Shown here: positions 9,374-19,171 of the stretch, piece by piece | Numbering within the stretch: the stretch's first letter is position 1 | Layout: each line of letters starts with the position of its first letter | IMG/VR virus record: IMGVR_UViG_3300027770_000032 | Source: a virus | DNA: 64,000 nucleotides | Strand: one strand, 5' to 3' | Notes under the pieces: model-generated | The model's database searches: none | What the model was told of the DNA's origin: nothing | What the model saw: only the letters and a program-made list of their open reading frames with translations | Made by a program: the position numbers and the translations under genes

Positions 9374-9789
9374 TGTTAGAATGTTTGATTATGGGCGACT
9401 CGATCGCCGTCGGTACGAAAATGTTTGCGCCAAAGGAATGCGTATCGTATTCGAAAGGCGGATTCAATACGTGGCAATGGAACAAGAAGTGGGGTAAGAC
9501 TCCACTTGAAGCCAAGACAATCGTGATTAGCCTCGGAACAAACGATCATAGCGGCGTGGATACAAAAAAAGAGTTGACAAAAATTAGAACTCGTGTTAAG
9601 GTAGGCAATGTAGTATGGATCATGCCTCCTTGTAATAAAGGCTTTTGCAAACCTAAGGTTAACGCCGCGGTGAAGAGCATTGCTGTCAGTTACGGAGATC
9701 GTATCATCTCTACTTCGTATGTTCAACCTGATAATGTCCATCCATCGTGGCGTGGATATAAAAATCTCGTAAAGAAAGCTGGAATATGA
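9373..9789 (+). CDS. SGNH/GDSL hydrolase-family protein
   Basis: GDSIA, LGTND, DNVHP blocks. Confidence 0.75.
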   Translation: MLECLIMGDSIAVGTKMFAPKECVSYSKGGFNTWQWNKKWGKTPLEAKTIVISLGTNDHSGVDTKKELTKIRTRVKVGNVVWIMPPCNKGFCKPKVNAAVKSIAVSYGDRIISTSYVQPDNVHPSWRGYKNLVKKAGI

Positions 9790-10343
9790 ATGTATTTGTA
9801 TTAGATACTGATCCTGTAAAAGCAGCTCAGCTGCAGTGTGATAAGCACGTAGTGAAGATGATTGTCGAGAGTGCTCAGATGCTTTCGACAGTCCATCGTA
9901 TGCTTGACGGTGAGCAATGTCGTATTCCTTCGAAGTCTGGTAAGACGATGTCGAAGGCATGGACTCTTCCTGACGAACGCGAAGATACATTCTATCGTGC
10001 TGTGCATATGCATCATCCTTGCACGATTTGGACTGCACAAAGCAATAACAACTATACTTGGCACTGGATACACTTTGCTGCTCTCTGTGACGAGTACACG
10101 TATCGCTATGGCAAGGTTCATAGCACAGATACCCTCTTACGAGAAGCACTGAAGCAATTGCCTCGTAACATTCCGATTGGCTACAAGACTCAGTTCCCAT
10201 TGGCTATGGCGGCTTTTCCCGAGTGTATCGATTACAATGACATCGTAGGATCTTATCGTAAGTTCTATCAGACGAAGCAAGATCGCTTCAAGATGGCATG
10301 GACTAAGCGTCCAATTCCAGAATGGTTTGCAATCGCAGCCTAA
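9786..10343 (+). CDS. Pyrimidine-dimer DNA glycosylase-like protein (DenV superfamily)
   Basis: MNVFVLD...DKHVVKMIVESAQML...HPCTIW...YRYGKVH. Confidence 0.75.
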   Translation: MNVFVLDTDPVKAAQLQCDKHVVKMIVESAQMLSTVHRMLDGEQCRIPSKSGKTMSKAWTLPDEREDTFYRAVHMHHPCTIWTAQSNNNYTWHWIHFAALCDEYTYRYGKVHSTDTLLREALKQLPRNIPIGYKTQFPLAMAAFPECIDYNDIVGSYRKFYQTKQDRFKMAWTKRPIPEWFAIAA

Positions 10344-10362
10344 TATAATTAAAATTAATATG

Positions 10363-10398
10363 ACCGCTCTAGTAGAGATACTGGAGCGGTTTTCTTTT
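10363..10398 (+). terminator. Rho-independent terminator
   Basis: ACCGCTCTAGTA-GAGA-TACTGGAGCGGT followed by a T-rich tail. Confidence 0.85.
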
Positions 10399-10402
10399 GT
10401 TT

Positions 10403-10410
10403 TATAAATA
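10403..10410 (+). promoter_or_regulatory. T4 late promoter
   Basis: TATAAATA; ATG 4 nt downstream. Confidence 0.75.
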
Positions 10411-10414
10411 TATC

Positions 10415-11371
10415 ATGACAAATAAAACACCTTATAGACCACTGATTCCTTCTGAGCTATTAAAAGCTGGCAGAGAAGGAAGAATCAATACCTTCTTTGA
10501 TAAGATCAAAGCAGGAGAAGAATTTTTACTTATGAGTGGTAAACTCGTAAAGATTAAAAAAGATTCTGATCTTGAAACTTTAGCGATGTCCGCTTATAAT
10601 TCTGGAAACAAAAAAGCATTGGGCGCAATTAAGTTTACTAGTACCACCGGAATAACATATAAATTTGCAGATTTTGCCAAGTCTGCAGAATTTGGCGGTA
10701 AAGGTGCGGGTTCTGGTACAGTAGCTGAAAATGTCGCGCTTGCAGACATCCAGAAAAAACTAGCAGAAGTTCTTTCTACAGAAAAAACACCTTATATTAA
10801 AGTTAAGATTGGCAATGAAATTGTAAAAATGGCCGAAGTCATTTCGACTCCCGGTACACCAAAAGCAGACTTTCACGTGATCGATGAGAAAGGTAACGAG
10901 GTTGCCTGGATCTCTCATAAAAAAGGAAGAAAAGCCAATGACTTTCAACAATACGGCGGTATGACTGAAATTAATGATGAAGCCGAGGTTCTTCAGTTTG
11001 CTAATGATGTTAAGAAGATTCTTGGTGGAAAAAGATTGCCTATGAAGACGGCTTTTGCTCGTCCGGTGTCAGCAAAGAGTGTAGCGTTAAAAACTTTATA
11101 CGGTAAAGATTATAAAGCGGGTAAAGCAAGCGGCCGACAGAACATTAACGTTCTTTATCAAGGCCCAATGTCATTTGCAAAAGTAGGCGGAAACTATAAG
11201 ATCACGAGCAATCATACAGTAGTGCATGGAGAAATTCCTTCTGGAGACTATGAGTGTTATTACTACTGTCGTCCTGCACAAGATCGCACACAGTTTGGTG
11301 TACCAGGAGCTAGATTTTTTATCGTTGCTAAATTGACTGCAATAAAAAATCGCAACACTTTGATTATTTAG
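10415..11371 (+). CDS. PD-(D/E)xK restriction-endonuclease-like protein
   Basis: E...TPKADF...WISHK active-site-like arrangement. Confidence 0.6.
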   Translation: MTNKTPYRPLIPSELLKAGREGRINTFFDKIKAGEEFLLMSGKLVKIKKDSDLETLAMSAYNSGNKKALGAIKFTSTTGITYKFADFAKSAEFGGKGAGSGTVAENVALADIQKKLAEVLSTEKTPYIKVKIGNEIVKMAEVISTPGTPKADFHVIDEKGNEVAWISHKKGRKANDFQQYGGMTEINDEAEVLQFANDVKKILGGKRLPMKTAFARPVSAKSVALKTLYGKDYKAGKASGRQNINVLYQGPMSFAKVGGNYKITSNHTVVHGEIPSGDYECYYYCRPAQDRTQFGVPGARFFIVAKLTAIKNRNTLII

Positions 11372-11373
11372 CA

Positions 11374-11402
11374 TGTACATTTTATCAAAACTATGGTAGA
11401 GT
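11374..11402 (+). promoter_or_regulatory. Early-type promoter
   Basis: TGTACATTTTATCAAAAC-like spacer followed by TAGAGT. Confidence 0.7.
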
Positions 11403-11407
11403 AAACT

Positions 11408-12013
11408 ATGATAAAGAAACGTTTCAGAGAGTTTGTTGGTTCAGGTACGCTTACGATATTCGATATCGATGAGACGCTGTTCCATACATATGCAAAGGTT
11501 GCTGTTGTGAAAGATGGCAAGGTTGTTCGAATGCTCGACAACCAAGAGTTCAACACTTACAAACGTAAGAAGGGTGAAACCTACGACTTCGGAGAGTTTG
11601 CAAATGCTGAGGTGTTTCGCAAGTCATCTAAACCAATCACTCGAATGGTTGCCAAAACAAAAGCGATCTTTGCTAACTCAAAGAAGAATCCTCATAGTCG
11701 AGTGATTATCTGCACAGCACGAGCTGACTTCGATAATAAGGATATCTTCCTTCAGACGTTCAGAGATCATGGTCTACCTATCGATAATATCCATGTCGAA
11801 CGCGCTGGTAACCTGAAGATAGACTCTTCGGCAGAAGCCAAGAAGATCATTTTTCGGAAGTATATAAATACTAAGAACTACGTAAAGCTTCGGTTGTTTG
11901 ATGATGCTCCGAGCAATCTTCAAGCATTTCTTTCGTTAAAGAAAGAATTTCCTAACATTACGTTCGAAGCTTATTTTGTAAATCCTGATGGATCGGTAAA
12001 AACAGTACGATGA
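11408..12013 (+). CDS. HAD-superfamily phosphatase
   Basis: FDIDETL, CTAR, K, LFDD motifs I-IV. Confidence 0.85.
   Translation: MIKKRFREFVGSGTLTIFDIDETLFHTYAKVAVVKDGKVVRMLDNQEFNTYKRKKGETYDFGEFANAEVFRKSSKPITRMVAKTKAIFANSKKNPHSRVIICTARADFDNKDIFLQTFRDHGLPIDNIHVERAGNLKIDSSAEAKKIIFRKYINTKNYVKLRLFDDAPSNLQAFLSLKKEFPNITFEAYFVNPDGSVKTVR
11863..11870 (+). promoter_or_regulatory. T4 late promoter inside the HAD gene
   Basis: TATAAATA upstream of the 12010 ORF. Confidence 0.55.
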
Positions 12014-13179
12014 CAACCTTTAAAGATTTCCTTGCCGAAGAGCTCGACGAAAGTAAACTTACGCATCTTGAGCATGCTGAAGATCACGTGATTAATGCTG
12101 GTCATGAAGGCTTTTCTCATGCCTATCATAATCTGAAAGATGTGCATGATAAGTTGACTGGTAAGAAGAACGATACCAAAGTGACTATGAAGTATGATGG
12201 TTCTCCTTCTGTAGTATTTGGTCGTCATCCTCAAACCGGTCGATTCTTCGTGGCATCAAAGTCTGCCTTTAATAAGAATCCGAAGATTAACTACACCGAA
12301 GAAGATATTCAAAAGAATCACGGTCATGCTCCGGGTTTGGTAGAAAAACTCAAAGCAGCTTTACAACATCTTCCGAAAGTCACACCGAAGAAAGGTGTTT
12401 TCCAAGGTGATATTATGCATACGCCTAATGATGTGCATGAATCTGATGGTCGCGTGCACTTTACTCCAAATACGATTACGTATTCTGCTGCGAGAGCTTC
12501 AGCGCAAGGCCAAGCTGCTTTAAACGCAAAGATAGGCATTGCCGTTCATACGAAGTATAATGGTAATAATCTCGAAGATATGCAAGCCGAACACGGCGCT
12601 GATTTGAGCGAGTTTGGATTGCATAGAGATGTGCATTTGATTTCTACTGCTCATCGCCTTGATAATATTAAATATACTCCTCAGCAACGAGAAAGATTTG
12701 CAAGGGCGATGGCTGCTGCAGCAAAGGCGAATAAAAAAACAAAGCCTGAAACGTATGAAGCGATCAAAGGCCACGAGGTTCCACTCAAGACTTACATTAA
12801 TCATACTGTTCGTACCGGTACAAGACCGAATGTCGAAGGTTTTATGAATCACTACATCAAGTCGCAACAGAAAAGGGTTGATAGTGTAAAAACCGAAAAA
12901 GCAAAAGCAGCAAAAACTGCCGAGATGGAAACGGCAATTGGTCATGTTCAACGCAATCGTGCGCATTTTGAAAATGTATTAAATCAACATAAGGCGCTGC
13001 AGAAGGCCAAGAACATATTAACGAATACACTTTCAAGTAATTCAGAATTTGATCATAGTATTAATGGAAAGAAAGCAAAGCCTGAAGGCTTTGTGGTAGT
13101 CAGACATAATCGTCCTACTAAGTTTGTTGATCGCGCTGAGTTCTCGGCGGCCAATTTTAATAGAGGTAAACCAGCATGA
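12010..13179 (+). CDS. ATP-dependent RNA-ligase-like covalent nucleotidyltransferase (DUF6267-like)
   Basis: KYDGS (motif I), FFVASK, VFQGD (III), EGFVV (IV), TKFV (V); N-terminus MTTFKDFLAE. Confidence 0.65.
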   Translation: MTTFKDFLAEELDESKLTHLEHAEDHVINAGHEGFSHAYHNLKDVHDKLTGKKNDTKVTMKYDGSPSVVFGRHPQTGRFFVASKSAFNKNPKINYTEEDIQKNHGHAPGLVEKLKAALQHLPKVTPKKGVFQGDIMHTPNDVHESDGRVHFTPNTITYSAARASAQGQAALNAKIGIAVHTKYNGNNLEDMQAEHGADLSEFGLHRDVHLISTAHRLDNIKYTPQQRERFARAMAAAAKANKKTKPETYEAIKGHEVPLKTYINHTVRTGTRPNVEGFMNHYIKSQQKRVDSVKTEKAKAAKTAEMETAIGHVQRNRAHFENVLNQHKALQKAKNILTNTLSSNSEFDHSINGKKAKPEGFVVVRHNRPTKFVDRAEFSAANFNRGKPA

Positions 13180-13787
13180 AGTCAATTCATATTACACAAG
13201 GAAGATTTAATCCTGTTCATGCTGGACATGCGATGGTTGTACAGAATGTAATGAATGCCGCCAAAAAAGAAGGTGCAGATCATAAGATCTTAACGACTGG
13301 ATCTCATGATGCAAAGAAGAATCCTTTGACGCCAGAGCAAAAGGTAAAGCATCTTTCTCGCGCTGTCAAGGGTGCACACGTCGAAGCCATGACAAGAGAG
13401 CATCCTACGCTTCTTCATCAGATGTCAAAACTACACAAAGCTGGTTATACTCACGTTACCATGCATGTCGGATCAGATCGTGTTAAAGAATTTCACGCTC
13501 TGTTGCATAGATACAATGGTGCAGAAGGTAAACACGGTCACTATAACTTTAAAAGTATTAAAGTCAAGGCTGTAGGCGGTGAGCGTACGGAAGGCGGAAG
13601 TGGAATTGAATCTGCTTCTGGTACTACGATGCGTAAGCATGCTGCAGCTGGAGATAAGGAATCATTTCATAAGATGGCTCCATCGGGTATGAGTAAAGCA
13701 CATAAAGATGAATTGTATCATGATGTCCGCAAAGGTATGGGTGTCAACGAATCATTTATTATTCGATTTAAAAACTGGATTAGTTGA
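13176..13787 (+). CDS. HxGH (cytidylyltransferase-like) nucleotidyltransferase
   Basis: GRFNPVHAGH, VGSDR, SASGTTMRK. Confidence 0.85.
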   Translation: MKSIHITQGRFNPVHAGHAMVVQNVMNAAKKEGADHKILTTGSHDAKKNPLTPEQKVKHLSRAVKGAHVEAMTREHPTLLHQMSKLHKAGYTHVTMHVGSDRVKEFHALLHRYNGAEGKHGHYNFKSIKVKAVGGERTEGGSGIESASGTTMRKHAAAGDKESFHKMAPSGMSKAHKDELYHDVRKGMGVNESFIIRFKNWIS

Positions 13788-13806
13788 CTCGTTAAAGTTT
13801 CCTTGT

Positions 13807-13814
13807 TATAAATA
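13807..13814 (+). promoter_or_regulatory. T4 late promoter
   Basis: TATAAATA. Confidence 0.75.
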
Positions 13815-13875
13815 GGTTTGCGGTTAGGCTACGGCAATCCCGTTTGTGTAACAGATAAGCCCAAGGGAAACTCTG

Positions 13876-15918
13876 ATGGAAGATAAGAATAAAAAACCGG
13901 TTGATACTCAACAATTAAAGAAACCAACTGGAAAGTCTGTAACTGGCAAACCGCTTGATGGTATCGAGATCCGTCCTCAGCTTAAGGGTCTCGGAAATCG
14001 CCAGCATAACGAGGATACCGTAGTCCTAACTGACACCTTAGCTGAGAAAAAAGCGTTGACACTTGTTCAACGGCAACGTCGAGCTCGCATCTTAAGAGCC
14101 AAAGAACCAAAGATGCAAAGAGCGAAAGAAGTTTCGCAGCATAAGCTCGCCTCAGAAGATAAGCTGAAGGCTCGAGCAATCAACAAAGCAAGAAACATCG
14201 TCAAGATGAGATTCTCAGCTCGGAAGGGTACACCTTATACCGAGCTTACGACATCTGAAAAGATTCAAGTCGATAGAGTAGTTGATAAGAAAGTTAAGCT
14301 AATTCGAAAATTAGCCGCTCGTCTTTTGCCTTCTCTTCGAAAAGCAGAAGTCAATCGTTTGGCTTCATTTCAATCCGGAGCAAAATTGCAGCATGCGACT
14401 GCAGGTCCGGTCGTCAACGAACAATTCAATAATATTGTCGAGAGTCTTGATAATAAGACTTCGATGCAGCTCGTCGACATTATCGGCGAATCGATCGATG
14501 CTCTCAACGAGAACGACAACTCGATGGGAATCACGCTGAAGAGACTGCTGAATGCAGTTCTTCCAGAAGATGCCGCAACTTCTACTCTTATTCAAAAATC
14601 CGAAAGAACCGGCATACCGTTCTCGACCCTCAGAGAGGTGTTCGAGCGCGGTTCTTTTGCGTGGGAAAATGACGGTAGAACTACGCAAGAACAATTTTCT
14701 TTTGCAAGAGTCAATAGCTATATTGCCAAAGGAAAAGCATGGACACTCGATGCAGATCTTCGCGAAGAGAAACTTATCAATGATAAACTCGATAGCATAT
14801 TCGAATCTGCCTATCATACTGGACTGAGTGCATCGACTGCCAAGGCGCGCGAATCTCACTGGAAAAAGATGGAAAAGTATTCTGACAAAGATGATCGTGC
14901 ATATCAAGATGCACCTGGTGACAAGGCAGCTCGGAAGAAGCCGATGCCGCAATCTGTACATACCAAGAAATATCATGCTATGTACGGAGAAGATGTCAAC
15001 GAAGGTCTTTGGGCTAACATTCATGCCAAGCGCAAGAGAATTGCAGCTGGATCTGGTGAACGCATGCGTAAGCCTGGATCGAAAGGTGCTCCAACGCAGG
15101 CTGGATTGCAATCAGCTCAAGAAGCAACAGAAGATCAAGTAGGTAATCAAATCGCTGATACTGCAAGACATGGTAAAATCAGATATGTCGGCGTAAGAAC
15201 TGCTGCGCACAAAGAAACTGGTACTCAAGAACGTCAAGAAGTTCAGTATATAAAGCGAAATGCTTCGACTATCAAGAAAGAAAAAGACGCCGATCCTCAA
15301 CAGATTCGCTTAGCTCAAGATCAGATTAAAAACAAAGTGATCGACGAGTCGAACAATACACCATATGTCAAGCCTTTTACAGAAAAAGGCAGCACTGAAC
15401 AACGTGGATGGAAAGCTTCGAATAAGCATGGCAATGTCAAGTACTTTGGATTGAACTTTAAAGCTTCTGCGCATAAGCATGCAGGAATCAATGAAGCTGC
15501 CGAAAAGCATCCGATTGTCAAAGAATACGACGCATTAAAAAAGCACGATATTAAAACGCTGCATGGACTTATTAAACAACAAAGCAAAGTAGTTGATACA
15601 TCGGAATTTAAAACAAAAGACCGTGCAATATCACAGTATTTGCGTAATAAACATGGCCACAAAAAAGTAGATGCTGCATTTGGATTTAACGAAGATACTT
15701 CTGCAACTCGCGAAGTTGGTACAAAATCGCTTGTCAAGAAGTATCAGAAAGAAACTCCTGGCCAAGAAAAAGCAGATATCAACGAGATATTCAATACAGC
15801 TTTTGATGAAGATATCGAGCGCAGATCAGATTTTCGAATGGTCAAAGTTCGTACTCCAACCGGATTTGTTTGGAGAAAAGTTAAGAAAGAAGCAGATATT
15901 GAGAGAGACGCAGAATGA
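13876..15918 (+). CDS. Large modular basic protein, putative internal head protein
   Basis: K/H/R-rich modules separated by (I/L/V)xE sites; contains an ARVNSYI module. Confidence 0.7.
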   Translation: MEDKNKKPVDTQQLKKPTGKSVTGKPLDGIEIRPQLKGLGNRQHNEDTVVLTDTLAEKKALTLVQRQRRARILRAKEPKMQRAKEVSQHKLASEDKLKARAINKARNIVKMRFSARKGTPYTELTTSEKIQVDRVVDKKVKLIRKLAARLLPSLRKAEVNRLASFQSGAKLQHATAGPVVNEQFNNIVESLDNKTSMQLVDIIGESIDALNENDNSMGITLKRLLNAVLPEDAATSTLIQKSERTGIPFSTLREVFERGSFAWENDGRTTQEQFSFARVNSYIAKGKAWTLDADLREEKLINDKLDSIFESAYHTGLSASTAKARESHWKKMEKYSDKDDRAYQDAPGDKAARKKPMPQSVHTKKYHAMYGEDVNEGLWANIHAKRKRIAAGSGERMRKPGSKGAPTQAGLQSAQEATEDQVGNQIADTARHGKIRYVGVRTAAHKETGTQERQEVQYIKRNASTIKKEKDADPQQIRLAQDQIKNKVIDESNNTPYVKPFTEKGSTEQRGWKASNKHGNVKYFGLNFKASAHKHAGINEAAEKHPIVKEYDALKKHDIKTLHGLIKQQSKVVDTSEFKTKDRAISQYLRNKHGHKKVDAAFGFNEDTSATREVGTKSLVKKYQKETPGQEKADINEIFNTAFDEDIERRSDFRMVKVRTPTGFVWRKVKKEADIERDAE

Positions 15919-16208
15919 TCGGATTTAAAGAGTTCATCACTGAGCGTGGCGAAGACTCGAAAGGTCATTTCATTGCCACTGAAAAAGGTGCAGGAATGAC
16001 TGTGAAAGGTGTCAAAGCTTTTCGCGCAAAGAATCCTGGATCGAATCTACAAACTGCTGTCACAGGTAAAGTCAAACCCGGATCAAAAGATGCAGGAAGA
16101 CGCAAGTCATTCTGTGCTCGTATGAGTGGTAATAAAGGCCCAATGAAAGACGAGAAAGGCAGACCGACTCGTAAAGCAATGTCATTAAGAAGATGGAAGT
16201 GTAACTAA
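15915..16208 (+). CDS. Small basic protein, putative internal head protein
   Basis: N-terminus MIGFKEFITE; RRKSFCARM...LRRWKC. Confidence 0.7.
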   Translation: MIGFKEFITERGEDSKGHFIATEKGAGMTVKGVKAFRAKNPGSNLQTAVTGKVKPGSKDAGRRKSFCARMSGNKGPMKDEKGRPTRKAMSLRRWKCN

Positions 16209-16645
16209 TGGAAGAGATCACAAACCCTTTAAAGGTCGCGTTTGCAGACACCTATGCGCTTTACGTGAAGGCTCAAAACTATCATTGGAATGTCGAAGGA
16301 CCAATGTTCCCGATGTATCATGAATTCTTTGGTAACATCTACGAAGAAGTCGGCGGTGCCATTGATCCTTTCGCCGAAGAGATTCGAGCCCAAAAATCTT
16401 ATGCTCCAGCTTCGTTCGGAAGGTTCAATGAACTATCAACAATTGAAGATGAATCTCTTATTCAGTTGCTTCCTACAACCATGGTGACTAATCTTTTCGA
16501 AGATAATAATCGAGTTCTTGCTTCTCTTCAACTTGCAAGAGAAGCAGCAGACAAATACAATCAAAACGGTCTCGTTAACTTCCTTGAAGAAAGACTGGAT
16601 CAGCACAACAAACACGCATGGATGCTCCGCGCATCGATGAAATAA
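16208..16645 (+). CDS. dps: Dps/ferritin-like DNA protection protein
   Basis: HWNVEG, HEFFGNIYEE, D.FAEEIR, KHAWML. Confidence 0.9.
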   Translation: MEEITNPLKVAFADTYALYVKAQNYHWNVEGPMFPMYHEFFGNIYEEVGGAIDPFAEEIRAQKSYAPASFGRFNELSTIEDESLIQLLPTTMVTNLFEDNNRVLASLQLAREAADKYNQNGLVNFLEERLDQHNKHAWMLRASMK

Positions 16646-16679
16646 TTTCATAAATAGATTTAAATTTACGGAGCAAAAA

Positions 16680-18914
16680 ATGTTAACGAATAAAATCACA
16701 GGATTCAGTGCTGATCTTCTCAACACAGTAAGAGGCATTCTTGGCGAAGCGAAGAAACATGCTGACGATTGCGAGTGCGAAAAGTGCGAAGCAGAAGAGA
16801 TGGAAGAAGGCCATATGCCTACTGCCGACGAACCGACTGATGCAAACAAGAAAACTGCAGATAAAGTTCGTGCGATGATGGCTAAAGAAAAGAAGCCAAT
16901 GAAAGAAGAAATTCTGGAAATGGTGGAAGAAGCATCAAGTGGTCTTGCAGATAAAGCAAAGAAATCTGGTGTATCTTTGTCAACCTTGAAAAAAGTATAT
17001 GCTCGTGGCATTGCAGCTTGGAATAGCGGCCATCGTCCTGGTACAACTCCACAACAGTGGGCCCATGCTCGTGTGAATTCTTATATTACGAAGGGTAAAG
17101 GCACATATGGCGGTGCTGACAAAGATCTTCATAGCGAAAGCCACGATATGCCATTCGAAGGCCCATATAAAGAAGTCGGCCAGCGCAAAGACGAATACGG
17201 CAATAAAGTAAAGAACGTTGCCAAGTATCTTGCAAAGAAGGCAATGAATAAGCAGAAGAACGAAGAAGTCGAGCAGGTTGATGAGATCTCTTCTGATATG
17301 GCTTATCGCTATCTAAAAGGGAAGCGCGAAAGAGATTACGACATCAGCGCAGATGGTAAATCAAGCACAACAAAGAAACCACAGACTTTTGCTAAGATGA
17401 ACAAAGACGCAAAGAGTTCTATGCGTGCGCTCAGAACAATTGAGAAAGCCAAAAAAGCCAATGAAGAAGCAGAGCATAACAACTGTGGAACTCTCGAATG
17501 CTGCGGCGAATGCGATACAGCCACACAAATCGATGAAACTGCAAAGATTGTTGCTCATCTTCAAAAGCGTTACGGCGATAACATTCGTAAAAGCCATGTT
17601 CGCTCCGCAGCCAACGATTTTGGTGTTGATGCATCGAAGTTAGCGAAGGCAGTACGCACTAAGTTAGGCAAGAATATGCTTGACGAAGAAGATGATGGCT
17701 GGTATACCCATTCTCAGATGCACGGTTCAAAGAAAAGTGAAAAGCACCCAAAGGGTATTTCGGCTGATGAATGGAAATCTGGCATTAGATGGCATCATGG
17801 TAAGAATAAAAGAATTAATATTAAAGAAGAAGTTGAAGAGCTCGACGAGATCTCAAAGGCAACAATGGGCCGTTATATCAATAAAGCCAAAGACTCGATT
17901 GATATCGTTTCTTATAGACAAGGGCACAAAGAAGCCCACGGTAGTTCTGCAGCGGGTGCTGAAAAGAAACTCACAAAGCGTCATAAAGGTATCGAAACTG
18001 CAGTTAAGAAACTGACCAAGGAAGAGCAAGACTTTGTTGATTCGTTGAACAATGAAATATTTGAAAAAACAGATCCTTATGATATTGCTGGTATGATCAA
18101 AAAAGCAAAAGCAAAGAATGATCCAAACCATCCTGCTATGAAGCATGTTGCAGCAATCGAAGATATCAAAAAGCATGGTGGTGCACTATCTGTTCAAGGC
18201 GATCATGTCAGATCTCTTATAAAAGCGTTAGGCGAAGATGCAAATGTTGGTCAGATCGACGAGATCTCTAAGGGCAAGGCTATGAATGCTTTACAATATG
18301 CCGCTTCGGATCCAGATGATGTGCGCGGCTATACTCTTCAAAAGAAGATTGCTAAGAAGTGGCCTAACATGGCAAAACACGCGGCAGATGCTTCATATAC
18401 TGCTGCTTATGGTAGATCGGGTAGAGATATTTTCCAAGATCGTGATAAGTTAGCTGACCGTGCACGTTCTTCTTATCGAATGACCAAGGGCGGTAAGGCA
18501 AACAAGCAGGATCTCAAGGCACGTTTCCGTAAAGAAGAAGTAGAACTTGACGAAGCTCGTGGCCGTCCTAAAAAAGGTGTAGCCAAAGACTTTACGATTC
18601 ATCCGAGAACTAAAGAAAAATTGATGCATAACAATCCTGCAGATATGGCCAGAATTGAAAGACTTCAGAAGAACAAAGTTCTTGCAAAACCAAAAGTCGA
18701 AGCTGACGAACATATCATGAATCAACTTCAAAAAGCGAAGACATCGATGTTAGGTGGATCTAAAATCAACTTTACACACGGTGATTCGAAAGAAGTTTCA
18801 GGTACACATGCTGCAAAGATTTTGTCGAAGTATGCTGGCATGAAACCAACAGAGAAAGAAGCCTTTCAAAAGTTTGTAGGTCATTCTCATGAAAACCTCA
18901 TGAAACACGTATAG
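16680..18914 (+). CDS. Large modular protein, putative internal head polyprotein
   Basis: Repeated EEVEQVDEIS / EEVEELDEIS / QIDEIS / EEVELDEA linkers; CATAAATA late-like box upstream. Confidence 0.75.
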   Translation: MLTNKITGFSADLLNTVRGILGEAKKHADDCECEKCEAEEMEEGHMPTADEPTDANKKTADKVRAMMAKEKKPMKEEILEMVEEASSGLADKAKKSGVSLSTLKKVYARGIAAWNSGHRPGTTPQQWAHARVNSYITKGKGTYGGADKDLHSESHDMPFEGPYKEVGQRKDEYGNKVKNVAKYLAKKAMNKQKNEEVEQVDEISSDMAYRYLKGKRERDYDISADGKSSTTKKPQTFAKMNKDAKSSMRALRTIEKAKKANEEAEHNNCGTLECCGECDTATQIDETAKIVAHLQKRYGDNIRKSHVRSAANDFGVDASKLAKAVRTKLGKNMLDEEDDGWYTHSQMHGSKKSEKHPKGISADEWKSGIRWHHGKNKRINIKEEVEELDEISKATMGRYINKAKDSIDIVSYRQGHKEAHGSSAAGAEKKLTKRHKGIETAVKKLTKEEQDFVDSLNNEIFEKTDPYDIAGMIKKAKAKNDPNHPAMKHVAAIEDIKKHGGALSVQGDHVRSLIKALGEDANVGQIDEISKGKAMNALQYAASDPDDVRGYTLQKKIAKKWPNMAKHAADASYTAAYGRSGRDIFQDRDKLADRARSSYRMTKGGKANKQDLKARFRKEEVELDEARGRPKKGVAKDFTIHPRTKEKLMHNNPADMARIERLQKNKVLAKPKVEADEHIMNQLQKAKTSMLGGSKINFTHGDSKEVSGTHAAKILSKYAGMKPTEKEAFQKFVGHSHENLMKHV

Positions 18915-18921
18915 GTGTAAT

Positions 18922-19137
18922 ATGGCAATTAATGTTGGAAATTTTGTAGTAAAAAATAAAACGGTTGAAACAGAAACTTTACCAGAAGTTGAAGTTGCTA
19001 TTGAAAATGAAGAAGTTGCGCCTTTACCCCAAGTTGTACAAATGGAAGAAGGCACTGTTATTCATAATGGTCAACCAAAAAAGTTTAATAAAAAAATGTC
19101 GGCATACATGATTGATATGCTTACATCCGAAGAATGA
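18922..19137 (+). CDS. Hypothetical protein
   Basis: ORF with AGGT RBS. Confidence 0.6.
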   Translation: MAINVGNFVVKNKTVETETLPEVEVAIENEEVAPLPQVVQMEEGTVIHNGQPKKFNKKMSAYMIDMLTSEE

Positions 19138-19171
19138 TAAATAAGACAAAGAATCTTTAGGAGAAACGAAG

